Below are positions 11,284 through 24,980 of a DNA stretch of 64,000 bases, in pieces. Source of the DNA: Sarea resinae (taxonomy: Eukaryota). The notes beneath the pieces are model-generated. The model did no database searches. It was not told the DNA's origin and saw nothing but the letters and a program-made list of their open reading frames with translations. How positions within the stretch are numbered: the stretch's first letter is position 1; the number at the start of each line of letters is the position of its first letter. Made by a program: the position numbers and the translations under genes. Where the stretch lies: NCBI GenBank assembly GCA_026026165.1, contig JAPEUD010000006.1, positions 62,001-126,000 of the forward strand, written 5' to 3'.

Positions 11284-14131
11284 GGTGAAAGGAAGAAACA
11301 CGCCAAACCAGATGGAAGGACGATGGAGGGCGAAAGGGTTCGCCGATGTCCAGACGGTAGAGCGGAGAAGAAGATGAGATGAACCCAAGGATGTACAATA
11401 TTAGGAACAGGGTCCTCGGGGAATGGAATGAGGAACAAGAGTGCAGGTGACGAGAGGGAGGAAGGAAGTGAAGGGAGAAATGAGACTAAGCCGATGCAAA
11501 AGAAGGGAAGAGGCTCAGAGGCGTCAAGAGGTCCAGCGGTCCAGAGGTCAAGAGGTCAAGAGGTGTGAGTGTCTACTGTACATTACTTTCCAGCGTCGTG
11601 GTAGTAGTAGAGTAGAGTAGCTGAAGTAAAAAGCAAGTCAGGTAGGTAGTGATGAATGATTGCTTGCTTGCTTGCTTTACTACATACTGCCATTTGCTTT
11701 GCGTCGAAGCTTTCACCCATTCATCATCGCGAGCCCGCTCCAGGACGCAATTCGCGGAGAAGATTCGCCAAGGTTGCCCGTCCGGGACTGGTGACGAGCC
11801 TAGTCTGATATAATTACAGTGCTACGAAGTAATTACACGTCTGCAGGGCACCTTGGACGCTGTTCACCCGAGACGGGCCAAAGTCGCTCACCTCGCCCTC
11901 CCTCGCCCTCTGGGCCGCTCCGGGGGCGGCCAAGGGGGCGACATCGAGGAGGATCAAGGGGATCCCGTGTCCCGTCCGCGTACCTGTTGCCCCGTCTGAG
12001 CGTCTACAACTACACGGCCACTACTTGGTGACTCCGGCAACCGAGGAATATGGATGAAAAGACCAGCTCAGATTCCGAGAACCGGCCGAACAACGGAAGC
12101 ATCACATATCCGATTGTTGCAGTCACCGACATCCATCTCTCGTCCTTGCTGAGGTTGATTTGTTGATGGAGACATGTATGCATCCATGGGCTTTTTAACA
12201 GCAAGCACACCTCACCAGCCAGCCTGATCCCGCAGCAGAGGCAAGCACGTCGAGACGAGAAACGAAAAGAAAAGCGAAGAGACCGCCTGGTCTCGACTGT
12301 GGGGGGAATGTATCGTGGCCGGTTGAAGGGCATTTGGGCGTACAGGACAAAGTACACGATCCGATATACCAAGGTACGAAGTTACTCCGAGCGAAAAGAA
12401 ATAGCGCATACCCCACAGCCCTGCCGAAGCACCACTGACAAATTGTAGCATCGTCATTTGATTGCCACCATCTGAGTATAGAACGTAGAATGCATGAGAC
12501 ACGAGAGAGTAAACAAAGAGGGTAGAGTCGACGAAGATGCTTTCCGGAATGCCTTTCTTCTTGTTAAATGACCACGATTGTTGCGCCTAACGTGAATGAG
12601 ATCGATATCTCGACTTGCCAGCCATGCTCAAATGTCTTGTAGGGCAGACGGCCGGTCCAGCTATCTTCCGAGCAATGTATTTTCAGTGCTCGGCGAGGGG
12701 GCGAGCAGTCAAGAGATGCGGTTTCCAGGCATTCGCGGCCCATCTGGCGCAACCCAGGTAGACAGTGAAGCCCCGCACTGACTGCGGTGGTCCTCTTAAG
12801 CGCTTCAGAATGGTCAATATATGCTTTGCAAGCTTAAGAGCCATAGGATTTTCAAGGCTGGAGAAGTGGTTGGTCTCGTAGAAGCTGATCGCTCTCCGTG
12901 GGGATTTAGAAAGAAATTCTCACTCAGCTCAACTGATTGACTCTGTCCAAAAATGCTTTAAGAACCACTGCTGATGAAGGCATTCTTCTTGACCCTTCTA
13001 CTCAGCTTGAACCAGTAGTCTCCCTGCACTTGCAGATTTAGCCTGTTTGACTGAAGATGCAAGCCGTCGCATTAGATGTGCGCGCGCTCAGCCTGAGGAC
13101 ACAAAGAAGCGACTGGTCTATAATCAGGACATAAGAGGACAGACTCTTTCGAAAGGTCGCGTTCGATGTGCTGACGTGGTTTTCCTGAAGGGTAACCAAG
13201 AAAATACTTGACTGAGCACGGTCGAACTCAGCATCGACGAAAGCAGTTCAAATCCAATCCAAAAATGTATCAAATGATAATTGTCTCCCAGCCTTAGAAC
13301 ACCTTATAACTGGATGTCTTCCTGGGCATGCCATGACAGTCTCGAAGGCGACCAGGACTGAAAAGAAGCTGGCCGGTGTCCCAACTGGCTCCGCGCTGCT
13401 TCATACTGAGCCATCGACGTTTCTTGTCTGCATGTTCACGCTCCATGATGTTTCAGAAGGTAACAGTAGAATATTGACCGATAAATAAGGACTAGCGCAC
13501 GATTGAGACTGGTAAGGGGGAGTGACAGAGAGTTTGTGGTATCACAGGAAAAGAAAAGGCGAGTAATAAGAGACGGGGCAGCTCTATATATTTATGAACT
13601 TCAAACAAGATAGTCAAGCACAGATGGCTGAATCCTCAAAGCAAAATCAACTTGACAAGGCAGGCAATCGCAAGTGAGATCGCTCATTCAAAATGCTAGT
13701 AGATAGTGTGTGAATTGGTTCGGAGGTGAGGTCCATGATGCAACTCGAGTGCCTCGTTTCATATTCCCAAGCAAATTAGACGCGCTGAGTGTATGCATAC
13801 TTTTCTTTGGAGGAGAATAGGAACGGTGGCTGAACAGCTTGAAAGAATTATAGAAGAAGCGGGTTCTAGATTTAAAGCCGTAATATCTTGTTAGTGAGGT
13901 GTTGATTTCGATAGCGTGAGTGTTGGAAGCTCGCGGGACTTCATATCAGACGATGACGAACGGGAACGGAGAATGCCGCGCCGCATCACATATCTGCCAA
14001 GCCGTCATACAATTTGGAGAAGAGCGTCTAGACGCGCAAACGCATCTGTACAGCTCAACGCAAGCCCAGCCCGCCGACCACGAAGATGGGCTGAGGAGGC
14101 TGATAGATTGCTCGGCCTTTTGCTCGTCACC

Positions 14132-16217
14132 ATGGCTCCTCCCCGAGGCTCTGCGGCTTACAAGAAGAAAGATGGCACTCTGGCTTTGTCGAAAGACCTA
14201 CAGACGCTGTCATGGACGCCCGTCGCGCCTCCGGGCTCGTCACCCGCCGTGACCATATCAGTCCCTACGATAACAAGTGAGTGGTGTGAGGCCTGAGATA
14301 ATGTAATCGCAGCTAAGACGAGCCTTTCCTGAGCCAGATTTACAGCAAACCCCCAAAGAGAGCGCAAAGGTCATGCTCAAGGTCTTCGCTCAGCCTCCAG
14401 CAGCGTCAGCATCCGAGCAATATGTGTTTTCCTTCACCTCTCCAACAGCGCCTCGAGCCGAAGCAGACGCCATTAAAGATGCGCTTAGTGAATCCATCCA
14501 GGCCGCCAAGTCTGCGTCGGGAACGCCAGCCGCTAACGGCGGAGGTGGAGGGCAGTCGGCGGCAATGGCTATCGCGAGCGCCCTGTCGTCGGGCGCAGGC
14601 AGCGATCGCAACTCCAGGAATTGGTACGATGACGCGAAGCTGCAGGCCGACGTCGAGCTACAACAGTCTCTACTGAAGGCGGATCCTCAACTGCAGCGGA
14701 CGTTCATGGAGTCGTTGCGCACGAAGCCAGAATCCATCACGAATTCGCAGTTCACGAAGCAATTTTGGACTACTAGGACACATCTATTACGGGCCCATGC
14801 TGCCGAAAAGCACCAGACTCGGGGCGCGTACAATGTGCTCTCAAGCATCAAGCCCAAAACCGTGGAAAACACCCTTCGGCTGAACATCAGCAAGGAACAA
14901 ATCCAACAGATCTTCAGCCAGCATCCACTGGTCAAAAGGGTCTATGACGAGAACGTCCCGAAACTGAGCGAAGAAGCCTTCTGGTCGCGCTTCTTCCAAA
15001 GCCGGCTATTCAAGAAGCTAAAAGGAGAGAAGATTGGGGAAAATGATTCGGCGGATCCCATCCTAGATAAATATCTCCGCAACGACGAGGATCTGGATGC
15101 CAGCAGACGGCAGTTAAGCGAACACATCCCGCATATCATCGACATCGAAGGCAACGAAGAAAACCACAGCCAGCGAAAAGGAAACCAGCCGGATCTGACG
15201 ATGCGCTGGAGCACCAACGACAAGGTGCCGATCCTGCGCCGGCTCAACAACCAAAGCGAAGTGCTGATGCGCAACGTCGCCAAAGCGGACGTCAACCCCG
15301 CCGACCCCATCGGCATCGACGAGAAAACCTTCAACGAGCTCGCCCTCCAAGATCTTCAAGGCGACACCGCCGCAAACCGCATCGTCCTCAACATCAAGGA
15401 CCAGGACCGCTTCTTCTCAGACACCCTACAGACCCAGGTCTCGGCCGACGCCCTGCTGTACGCGAAGCAGGACCCCAATGAAGTCTTGACAGAGCTGCAG
15501 ATGGACCTTGACCCGAACCTAATGGAAAGTGACGCACACCACGGCCTCTACCTCGACCGGGCCATCGGCATCGACGAAGACTCCTCGAGCGATGAGGACG
15601 ACGACCAGCAAGACTCCGGCCAGCCGGCCGGCCATTCAGGCAAGAAAACAGACCACGTCGGCAGCAAGTCCAGCCTATCACGCGCCACATCGCACATCCT
15701 CTCCGCGATCTCAGAACAACGCTCGCAAAGCATCGACGAGGCCTCGGACCCCACAAACCCCTCCACAACCTCGTCCTCCTCGTCGTCGTCATCATCCCTC
15801 TCGCCCGCCCTCCTCGACCGCCTCACGCTCACCCACGCCACCACGACCGAATTCCTGCACTACTTCTGGCACGTCTTCCTCTCGGGCTCATCCTCGCGCG
15901 CCGCCGAGATCGGGCAAACGATCGAGTCCCTCCACCGCGCCACGCAGCGCATGGAGGCCGTGGCCGCCGACGCGCAGAGCGAGCACGACGCCGAGACGGA
16001 GAAAGTCCGCGTGCAGATCCGCGAGCGCGAGCGGCGTACGGGCAAGCGCGTGCGCGTGGACGTCGAGGCGCTCGTGCGCGCGGGCGGCAGGCAAGAGGTC
16101 GAGGCGCTGATGGCGCCCACGAGGGATGCCGTCAGGAAGGCCGTCGAGGTTTATGAGGCTGCTGTTAGGGAGGAGACGAGGGCGGGTGCGAGCTCGGTGG
16201 CGAATGGCGATGTTTAG
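14132..16217 (+). CDS. TFB1: TFIIH p62 subunit (PH + BSD domains); exons 14132-14276, 14338-16217
   Basis: N-terminal YKKKDGTLAL...ITNLQQTP (across a GTGAGT..CAG intron), FW..RTHLLRAHA, GAYNVLSSIKP, IFSQHPLVKRVYDENVPKLSEEAFWSRFFQSRLF, EFLHYFW. Confidence 0.93.
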
Positions 16218-16219
16218 GT

Positions 16220-18049
16220 AGATTCGGAGAGAGGAGGGAGGGGGAGGGGTGAGGTGTTTCATCGTCCATCTTTTCGAAAGCATAGCGAAGGCGTTTTTTT
16301 CGTTTCTGTTCTGCCTTCCTTTCAATCAATCAATCAATCAATCTATCAATCAATCCATCAATCAATCCATCAATCAATCAATCGAACCCGTCCACCTTCC
16401 TCGTCGGTATCTTGCCATCTCAAGCTTCTTCTCGTGTCGTGTCCTCCGTTCTCTGGGTCGCGGAAAAGCAATCTTTGCATCTATTGGCCAGCCAGACACC
16501 CAGATACCTAGCCTACCAGGCGGACACCCGGACAGAGAGCTAGACAGGTAAACAGACAAACAGAGACAGACAGCTATCTTGCTATCCCAAGCTTTATCTC
16601 GTGTCGCGTCCTCGGTTCTTGGCCAAGCGGGAATGACGACCAATGCATCCCTTAGCCAGACAAACAGACAGCTAGCTAGACAGCCAGACACCTAGACAGA
16701 TGGATTGAGACCTCTCTCTCTCTCTCTCTCGCTCGCTCGCTCGCTGTGTATATATATAGAACCACACACCTAGGAAGAACAAAAAAAAAACAAAAAAAAA
16801 AACGAAGAATCATGTCCTATCCCATCGTCTCCTGTACCTATGATTATCCCTAAGCGCATGCCTATGCCTATGTCTTTCGTCTATGTCTATGCAACTATAC
16901 CTATGCCTATCCTACTATCTAAGACCGATAATCCTGTTTAATTATCCACCTAACATGAACACTCCCGTCCTAAAATTCTATCCAACTCGTATCCAACCAT
17001 CCTATTCAACCGACCATCCAACCAAACAACTACCTAACCATCCTATCCAACCATCCTATCCCTACCCCTATGCAACCGTCTAGCCATCTAGGTAGCCATC
17101 CAACTATCCAGCCACGATACTCCTATCCCATCCTATCATCCGCTTTCCGCTTTCCGCTTCCCGCTTTCCGCTTCCCGCTTTCCGCTTCCCCATCTTCCAC
17201 GCTCCCTCTCACCTACCTGTGCACCTATTCTACCTATTCTACCTATCCTACCTATTCTACCGGTTCTACCGATTCTACCCATCCACCCGCCCGGACGCCC
17301 GCCCGTCTTTCTGCAATCCCCACACATATACACATATCCTCACATATCCACACAGACATGCACACACACACAGAGAGAGAGAGAGAGGGAGGGAGGGAGA
17401 GATGCTGGGGTCGCATCAAGCCGAGATGTGGGTTCCGTCCCCGTCCCCGTCCCCGTATCCGTGGCTTCTTTCTAAGTACCATACATAGGCTAATTGGTAT
17501 CTCGCACGTGGGGCTGGGGGGAAGAGGAAGGGGGGGGGGGGGTTGTTTATTAAGCTGATCCGGTCGTAGGTAGTAGGTCAAAGGTAGTAGGTATCAGAGA
17601 CCAGAGACCAGAGACCAGGAAAGAGAAAAAAGAAGACTGCCAAGCTGGGTGCAACAATGAAACCGAACGGGGGCACGGATGAGAATATGGTGATGAAGGA
17701 AATCGTTTATTAATCATTTCGAATGCATTTCTATTTTTCATGTGACTATCATAATACAGGAAGAAAGCCCGAGAGGGAGAGAGAGAAAAGAGGGGAGGAT
17801 GACAGAGGGAGAGTTGTGGACATGTATGATGTCTAGAGGGAGAATTGAGAGGTGGGGAGAGAGGGGAAGAACGATAGAGGGACAAAAGGAGAAAAAGGGA
17901 TGGGATAGGAAGAACGGAGAACAGAGAAGAGAAAGAAAGGAAAGAGAGGAAACCATAGAAGAACCGAGAGAGAAAAGAGGGCAACGCCAGATCGAGATGC
18001 ATGCCGCTTGCATATATGCTTACAAACCACTACGGATACAAAACAATGC

Positions 18050-18080
<31 letters not shown>

Positions 18081-18170
18081 AGCAATACTAAACTCAACCA
18101 TTCACTCAACAACCAAAACCAAAACCCAAAATCGGTAACAAAAACAACCCTCCAGCCCGAAACACAGAGA
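16220..18170. repeat. Compound microsatellite / low-complexity spacer between convergent genes
   Basis: (ATCA)n ~16322-16382, (CT)n, poly-A runs, (TTYCCGC)n ~17140-17190, (CA)n/(GA)n, (GAC)n ~18050-18080. Confidence 0.88.
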
Positions 18171-18175
18171 TCAAA

Positions 18176-21147
18176 CTAAGACACCGTCATGCTTTGGCTG
18201 AGACTCGATTTCCCCGGGCCTAGCTGTCCGTTTTGGCCGTTCGAGCCGGATGATGATTGGGATTGAGACTGTGACTGTTCGCGTCGGAGCGTTCGGACCA
18301 ATGCTTCGAGCTTGCGACGTTCATCTTGTTCGGCCTTTTCGAGGAAGAATTTAGCAAAGGTTGGAGAGTGCTGAAGTCAAAGTTGAGGAAATATGTGGGA
18401 CAGAAAAGCAAAGGAAGCAAACGAAAGGAGAACCCATGAGAAAAGGAGAACGGAAACACGATTACTCACCCTCAAGGCCTTGGCATTCGCTGCACGCGTA
18501 TCCCGCATCATCTTCTTGAACTCGTTCTTCAGCACCGTCGTGCCCGTCGTTTCCGGTGGATGACCACCAGGACTAGTGGCACTCCCGAGGTTACCGTTGG
18601 TAGGAGCAGAGCCAACGCCAGGGCTTTTGACGCCTAGCCATCTGACCTTCTCATCAGACAACTGCGCCTCGAGACTCTCGCACCGGTCTCTCAACCCATC
18701 GATCAACGATTCCAGGCCCTCGCGCTCCTTCTCGAACTCGATGCTCGCCCGCGTCAACGACTCGTACTCGCCAATCGTCTCGCTGAGCTCCCGCTGCAGT
18801 GCCTCGACCCGAGCTTGGAGCTCTGGTACCCCGGCCCCAGCGGACTCGCGCTCCGAGCGCAGAGAAGAGATTTCTTGCTGCAGCGACATGTTGCGAGCGG
18901 CCAGGTCATCGATTTCCTTCTGCACGGCCGGATTGGCGGCCACTTCGGCCGCACGCTGGGCTCGGGTTCCGTAGGCGCCGTCGAGTTCGGCGCGGGCTAC
19001 TGTCACCTCCGTCTGCAGCCGCACGACCTCGCCCTCAAGATCGCGCATTTCTGCCTGTATCGATGCAACTTCGTGGTCCTTCTGGGCGAGCCGGGCTTGC
19101 ATTTCGGACTCGTGGGTTTGGGCGTCGGAGGCAGCGGTGGTGGCAGCAGCGAGGTCGGCGCTTAGCTTGTTGATGCGCGCGCTCGACTCTTCCTGTTTGG
19201 ATGCGGCTTCGGCTTGCGTTATGGCGGCGTCGTCTTTGAGGTCTGCGAGTGCCGCCTCAAGTCGCTCAATCTCCTCCGTTCGTGCTTCGAGTTCCGAGTT
19301 CAAGGCGTCTTCCTCGTCCATTTTCGACATGGTGTTCTTGAGTTCTTCTCGGGCTTCGCGCGCTTCCCGTGACGTGTGTTCCAGCGTTACTTTCATGTGC
19401 TCGTACTCGTCGGTAATCTGGGCGAGTTTGGCGTCGCGCGCCGAGTCGGAGGATTGATTCATTTCGCGCTGTTGTTCGACCTGGCGACGAAGAATGTCTT
19501 TCTGCTCTTCCAGGCGAGTGGCGCGGCCGCAGAGCCATTGGACTTTTGAGGAGAAAGCTTGCAAGGAGAAGGGCTCGTTGGGATTGATCTGGTCGTCGGC
19601 ATCGAGGCCGACGCCGCGTTCTTGATCTTCGCGATGGCGGGACTCTTCCTGCCCTGCTTGGATGATGTCCCAGAGACCCAGCACGACGGTTTCGAATTTG
19701 TCTGCTTTCTCTTGGTGGCCGGCGAGCTTCCCGATGGACATTTGGGCCGAGTCTTCGAGACTGTGGAGCTGATTGTCGATGATGCTGAAGCCTTGTTCCA
19801 GGTAGTCGACTTGCTCGCGGAGACTCTGGCCGGAGAGACGCGGTGGAGGCTTGAGGTCTTCTTGGGTTTCGGTGTTGATGATTGATTGGTAGATGCGTTG
19901 GTTGACATCTTCTAGTCTCTCTTCCATTGCTTGTTCGGCGCCTTGGACGTCGTCGAGTGCCGCACTCAGCTCTTTCAACTCCTTCTGCTCTCTGTCCAAG
20001 GCACCCAGTCCTTCTTCAAGATAGTCTAGATGGGCGACCAGAGTAGACCCAGCTGCGGCTGCACCATCCGCCTGCGAGACCGGGGGTTCTGCGTAGCTGC
20101 GATTCTGTTGAGGTTTCGCCTGAACAATCAATTCCCGCAGACGATTATTCAAGTCTTCCAACTTCCTCTCCGTAGAAATGACTGCCTCTGTCTGCTGAGC
20201 GAATTCTGCAATCTGAGAGTCAGACCTCCCATGCGATCTCCTGCCACCAACACTGCCCCTACTTCCTCTATCACGAGGCTCACCGAACTCGCCCAGTCGA
20301 TCTGCTGTGCGGTAGAGACTCCTTTCGTCAAACTCATCACCATCTTCCATGGCTGGGACGCTGTTTCTACTGTTCGAATACGTGTAGATGCTCTCCGGGC
20401 TCCCGGGCGGTATATTTGGCGGCAAAGGGTCCTGCGGACCTCTCGCCTTCTTCGAGGGGCCCTTGTGCGTCATCTGCAGGATACCAGCCGTATGTTGCAA
20501 CAGGCGACGTTGAATCTCTGTCGCGCGCCTGTCCAACTTCCACAGCTCATGGGCTAGATCGTCGCATTTTCGAGATTGAACGGCGAATTCGTCGCCATCG
20601 CGAGCCTGGGTGTCATTGCTGGCCCTACGACTCGCGAGGCTCCTCCGGCTCTTGCGGGCGTCGCCAGAGAGTCGACTGAGGGATCTTGCCGCGTCGCGTA
20701 CCTTGGACTCCAAAAAAAGCTTGCGCCTGGAAGCCTCTGCTCGGCTTGAAACAAGCTTATATTCCTTCTTCAATCGATCTACCTCTTCAAAGGAGAGGAT
20801 CTCATATTCAGCACTGTCGCCCTTGGCGGTCTCGACGAGAAGATGAATGGCCACGGAATCGTTGGAGCTGAATGCCTTTGATGATCGTGGTCGTGAATCC
20901 TCGAGCTGCATGCACCACACTCAGTCAACTACCGTCCCCACAAAGAAAGATACGCGCTTCCACTTACGTGACCGAAGACTGGCGATTCCTCGTCAATCTC
21001 CGTCAAACCACCTCTGAAGCCGTCCATCAGGACTTTTGTGGGCGGATAAAGAGGCGGCGAAGAAGTGAACTGGGGGCTCCCAACTCCGAGGTCGAGGTCC
21101 TGGCTAGAAGAGTACGAAGGAGTCCTTCTAAAGCCGGTGCCGTTCAT
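18176..21147 (-). CDS. UDS1 (up-regulated during septation) domain coiled-coil protein; exons 21147-20968, 20905-18470, 18334-18176
   Basis: HLLVETAKGDSAEYEILSFEEVDRLKKE, LESKVRDAARSL, RLLQHTAGILQMTH, VARAELDGAYGTRAQRA, LKNEFKKMMRD..ALR|AEQDERRKLE; long coiled coil. The start codon is the least certain part. Confidence 0.82.
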
Positions 21148-23933
21148 TCTTTTGGAGCCTCCCCACGACTTGGGAACAGTGTTGTCGGTCCGTGGTAGCA
21201 GGTATTGCCGGCTGAGAAGAAGATATGCGGAGACGACGGGAACAGCGCGCCAGGAACGAATTATTGTTGGATCTCAGTCTAGACCCCCGAGGAATACAAA
21301 TGGCCAAGCGGCAGGGTATGCGGAGAGAAGGAATGAAGGGTGGCCCGGTTCTGGCCTGCCGCGATGCCACAGCCACCGACTATTTCTAGTTCTAGCGTAT
21401 CCCCGGACAACCCTTGGATTGTTGCCGATGCTGACGAGGCCGCTGCTTACGAGAAGCGAATGGCGAGAATGGGACAGATGGTCAAGCCATGTTCGAGGGA
21501 TCTGTTCCAGGGCAAGAAGAATAATGATAGACGATATCAAGATGTCAAGATGTCAAGATGTGAGGTGTATCCGTCGTCAGTGCTCGAAAGTGTCGAAAGA
21601 TCAAATTATATGATTGTACAGAGATGTAGCGCAAAGTGACCCGTAATCTGCAATTTCACGCTTCACGCTTCACGCTTCACGCTTGGGCCGATCGGCTGGG
21701 CGAGGGAGAGCGCAACGAGAGTAGTGCAAGGCGGTGATGGGCGGTACGCAGTACTGTCGTGCTCAGTTCTACGCGGTGCCGGATCAGATGTACGGGAGGA
21801 GAAGGAAGAACAGGGGGGGTCTCAGGGGGGATGGGACGCATCCATCGATGGGGAGCCATTGGGATCAATTGGGAGCAATTGGGAGCAATAACGAGCAATA
21901 ACGAGCAATAACGAGGAGCCATTGGGGCCAATCTGGGCGGTGGGACCAGGGGCAAATGGTCTACTCGTACCTTAGTAAATGGCACACTACCTACGAAGGG
22001 ACTAACCGCCCTCTCTCTCGCCCCTGGCTAATGGCGAGGAGGAGAACTGGTCAAGTACTCGGTACCACGAGGACTGTACTCGAGGACTGTATTTCTTCGG
22101 AGACCAGGCCAAATGAACACGAAAAGGCACACGGAACCAGAGTCGTGGTGATCAAGCTATCACTCCTACAATCTGGTGGTGCCCGAGCCCTAGGTGAGGC
22201 TGAGTAGGTGCGTCAAGATGCAACAGACGCGGATAACAGAATGATCTCACCCGAATCCTCCCATCGGTACGACGACCTCGGGCTGAATGCGGCTACGGGG
22301 TCACGCGTCTGGCTCCGAGCCTTCGTCCATCCTCCAGCTCCTTGAGGGCTGTGTAACGACAGACCGCGAGGAGACATCTTCTCATCTTCACATCTTCACA
22401 TCTTCACCGACATGGCAATATGGCCCACTACATATTGCTGCATCTTCCCGCCGACGGCAGTACGCGTGACTTCTTCTCGATTCGTAAACATAGCGACGAG
22501 CTCGAAGCATTGCAGTGCGTAGGCATGCTGGAGCCGCCATCTCCAGAGATGGATCCGCAGCAGCTCTGGTGGTGGTGTGTCGATGACCCTCCCTCGATCG
22601 ATGGTTGCACTTGAGCGAAAGGACACCGTCAATCTTATCTTCACCTTCCGATCCCCTCCTTGCTCTCTGTAACACAGACCATTGGTGAGAGGATCTTCTC
22701 TTCTCTTCTGCTTCAGCGTGCTGCCAGCCAGGGCGTCCTGGTGCACCCTCGGGGCCTCCCGCGCCCCCAAACCCCACTTGGGCTCCGCGTCACCGATTGT
22801 CCGTCCAGCATAGACGCGATTGTCTCCAATGGCTCAATCGGTCGATCAAGAGTCGATTAGGAGCTCGTCTCTTATCTGACGCAGATCGAAAGCCTGATTG
22901 TGTCGAATAATTACCCGTGTGCCGGCCGTTTGAGTAGGTTGATGCGGGGTTTGCTTCCTCTCTCGTCTCATGAGCTACTGGCCGTGCCACTCCTCTGGCC
23001 TTGCAGCTGAAGCTATTGAATGTGCTGTGGTCTATAGGGACGACGATGACACTTGACAGCGCGTTGGGTTCTAACGTCGCTCCATGTCTCGGGACTGAAG
23101 CTTTCTCTAGTATGAATGAACATTGCTATGCTTACTCTCTTGTCTCTACTGCTGCTGCTCCCAAGACTGAAAGTCATCTCCAAGGAATCTTGTTATCTTT
23201 TGACCTTTGCAAACTTTGAGAACGTGAAGTCGGGTCGCGGGAGAAACTGCTGGAGATGGTTATGTTGACATACTCGACAAAGCCCCTGGGTCGCAAGAGC
23301 GCGTTACGGCCCGGAGATTCTCGTCACACTGCTTGGCAAGCCTTCTCATCGAGATGTCGGGCAGTCGTGTTACTAGCTTTAGACTGCTTCACCGAATGTG
23401 CCGATCTCTCACAAAGTGATACTCGCTGATGAGCGCTTCCATATCTGCATCTCGTCCGTCACGGATCTGGCCGATCACCTTCTCCGTTGCCTGTGCGCAA
23501 TAGGAAAACGGAAAGTCGCATCTCGATGCTCATCCCGCCAGCAATTGAGTTTCGAACCGTCCGATCGGTGGGACCAAGAAACCTTCATGTCTCAGCTCTC
23601 TTCACATATGCCCCTCTAGTATCTCATGCATCTTAGGCCTGCTACATATCTTACCCGCGCAGGCTTCCTGGATCTGGATGGTTGGGCCCCACAAGTGACA
23701 ACGAAAAGAGATCAAGTGGCTGAGAGCGCGAGCCGTGGAAGACTATTTACATCTAGCTTCTCCCTTCCTCGAGAACCTTATTCTCCCATCCTCTTTGCTG
23801 CCTTGACTTATCCGCTACACTTCAATACAGAGGAGCAAACGGTCGGAACAAGTCCAAGCTCTACGTTGTCTTTTTGTCAACAGTAACGCCCGCCCTCAGC
23901 ATACCTCGACCTCTCAGCTTTCCAACTTACGAG

Positions 23934-24303
23934 ATGCCGTCTCGAATCGGCCTTTTCGGCCTCCTCCTTGCCGCTCTGCTCCACTTGGCCTCCGCCTTCC
24001 TGATACCATACATTCCTCCTCCCCCTCTGCCTGAATGGCCTTCTGTCAGCTTCGTTCCCTTTCCGACCAGTGATCTTCCTCCGCTATGCACAGGCGCCTT
24101 TGAGGAGTTCACTGTCGAATGCATTCCTCCACCTCCGGACATTACAGACTTCCCTTTCCCGATCGAAAAGCGCGAGCCTCTGTCGGGCACACCGGTCAGC
24201 TTCCCGTCTCCAATTATCATCCTTCCGTACAGGCTATTAACAGCAATTAAAGAAGAGGGAAGTAGAATTAGCATGGCCCCCTGAGCCCGCTCCCGTCCAG
24301 TGA
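23934..24303 (+). CDS. Small secreted Pro-rich precursor with KR processing site(s); ends 24284 unspliced or 24303 if intron 24195-24243 is used
   Basis: Hydrophobic signal-like N-terminus MPSRIGLFGLLLAALLHLASA, two Cys, and an IEKR-EP site. No recognisable homology. Confidence 0.5.
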
Positions 24304-24980
24304 CTTCCGACCGTTGCCCCACCAAAGTTTCTCCGCGAATTCCACGGTTACTGTTACCGTTCCCTTGGGTTTCAACTAGACTCTTGGTGATCGCGGCAGT
24401 TAATTGGTCATGTTGCGGGTACGAAGCTCTACTCGTCATCTGCTCCCTTTTCATCTCTGACCGGCACTTGCAATACGGTCTTGGATGAAGGAAGCATGAC
24501 AACGAGCAAGCAGTGAGGTGGAAGCCAGCTCAACCAATGCACTCGAATCAGCCGTGCGTCTGTCCGTCTGAACATCTATCTATTTTCTGCGCTACTTTCA
24601 TGTCGCTTGACGCCCCTGATTTATTTATCGTCTCTCGTCCTGCGCGAGATGATCATGCCGCTCCTTTGGCGAATAAAAGAACGCTAGCTATATTCTTCAG
24701 CACTAAAACATCGAATTGGACTGACTGTTCTTGATTGACATCCTTTACTGACGAATGCTCCATATTGTCTGCTTTATCGGCAATGGCTTCGCATGTTGGC
24801 CCATGTCCTCATATCTGCCCTATTGCATCTTCGTTCCTTGATCTTGACCCCACTCCGCTTTGATCTGCTATCTTCTGCCAGCTTTGCTGTAGCAACCGCC
24901 GCGGTTAGCAGGATGACACATAGCGGAAAGGTATGTCTGCTCTGATGTGTGAGTTCTTGGCATTCTCGACCCAATGGCGT

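Noticed and set aside
13294..13446. 50-codon minus-strand ORF (MEREHADKKRRW...) with a TATA-like word ~140 bp upstream
   Set aside because: Too short, no recognisable motif or convincing splice model; cannot be supported without RNA data.
22287..23620. Several 60-130 aa ORFs on both strands
   Set aside because: No codon bias, motifs or consistent splice signals, and no transposase or reverse transcriptase remnants recognised.
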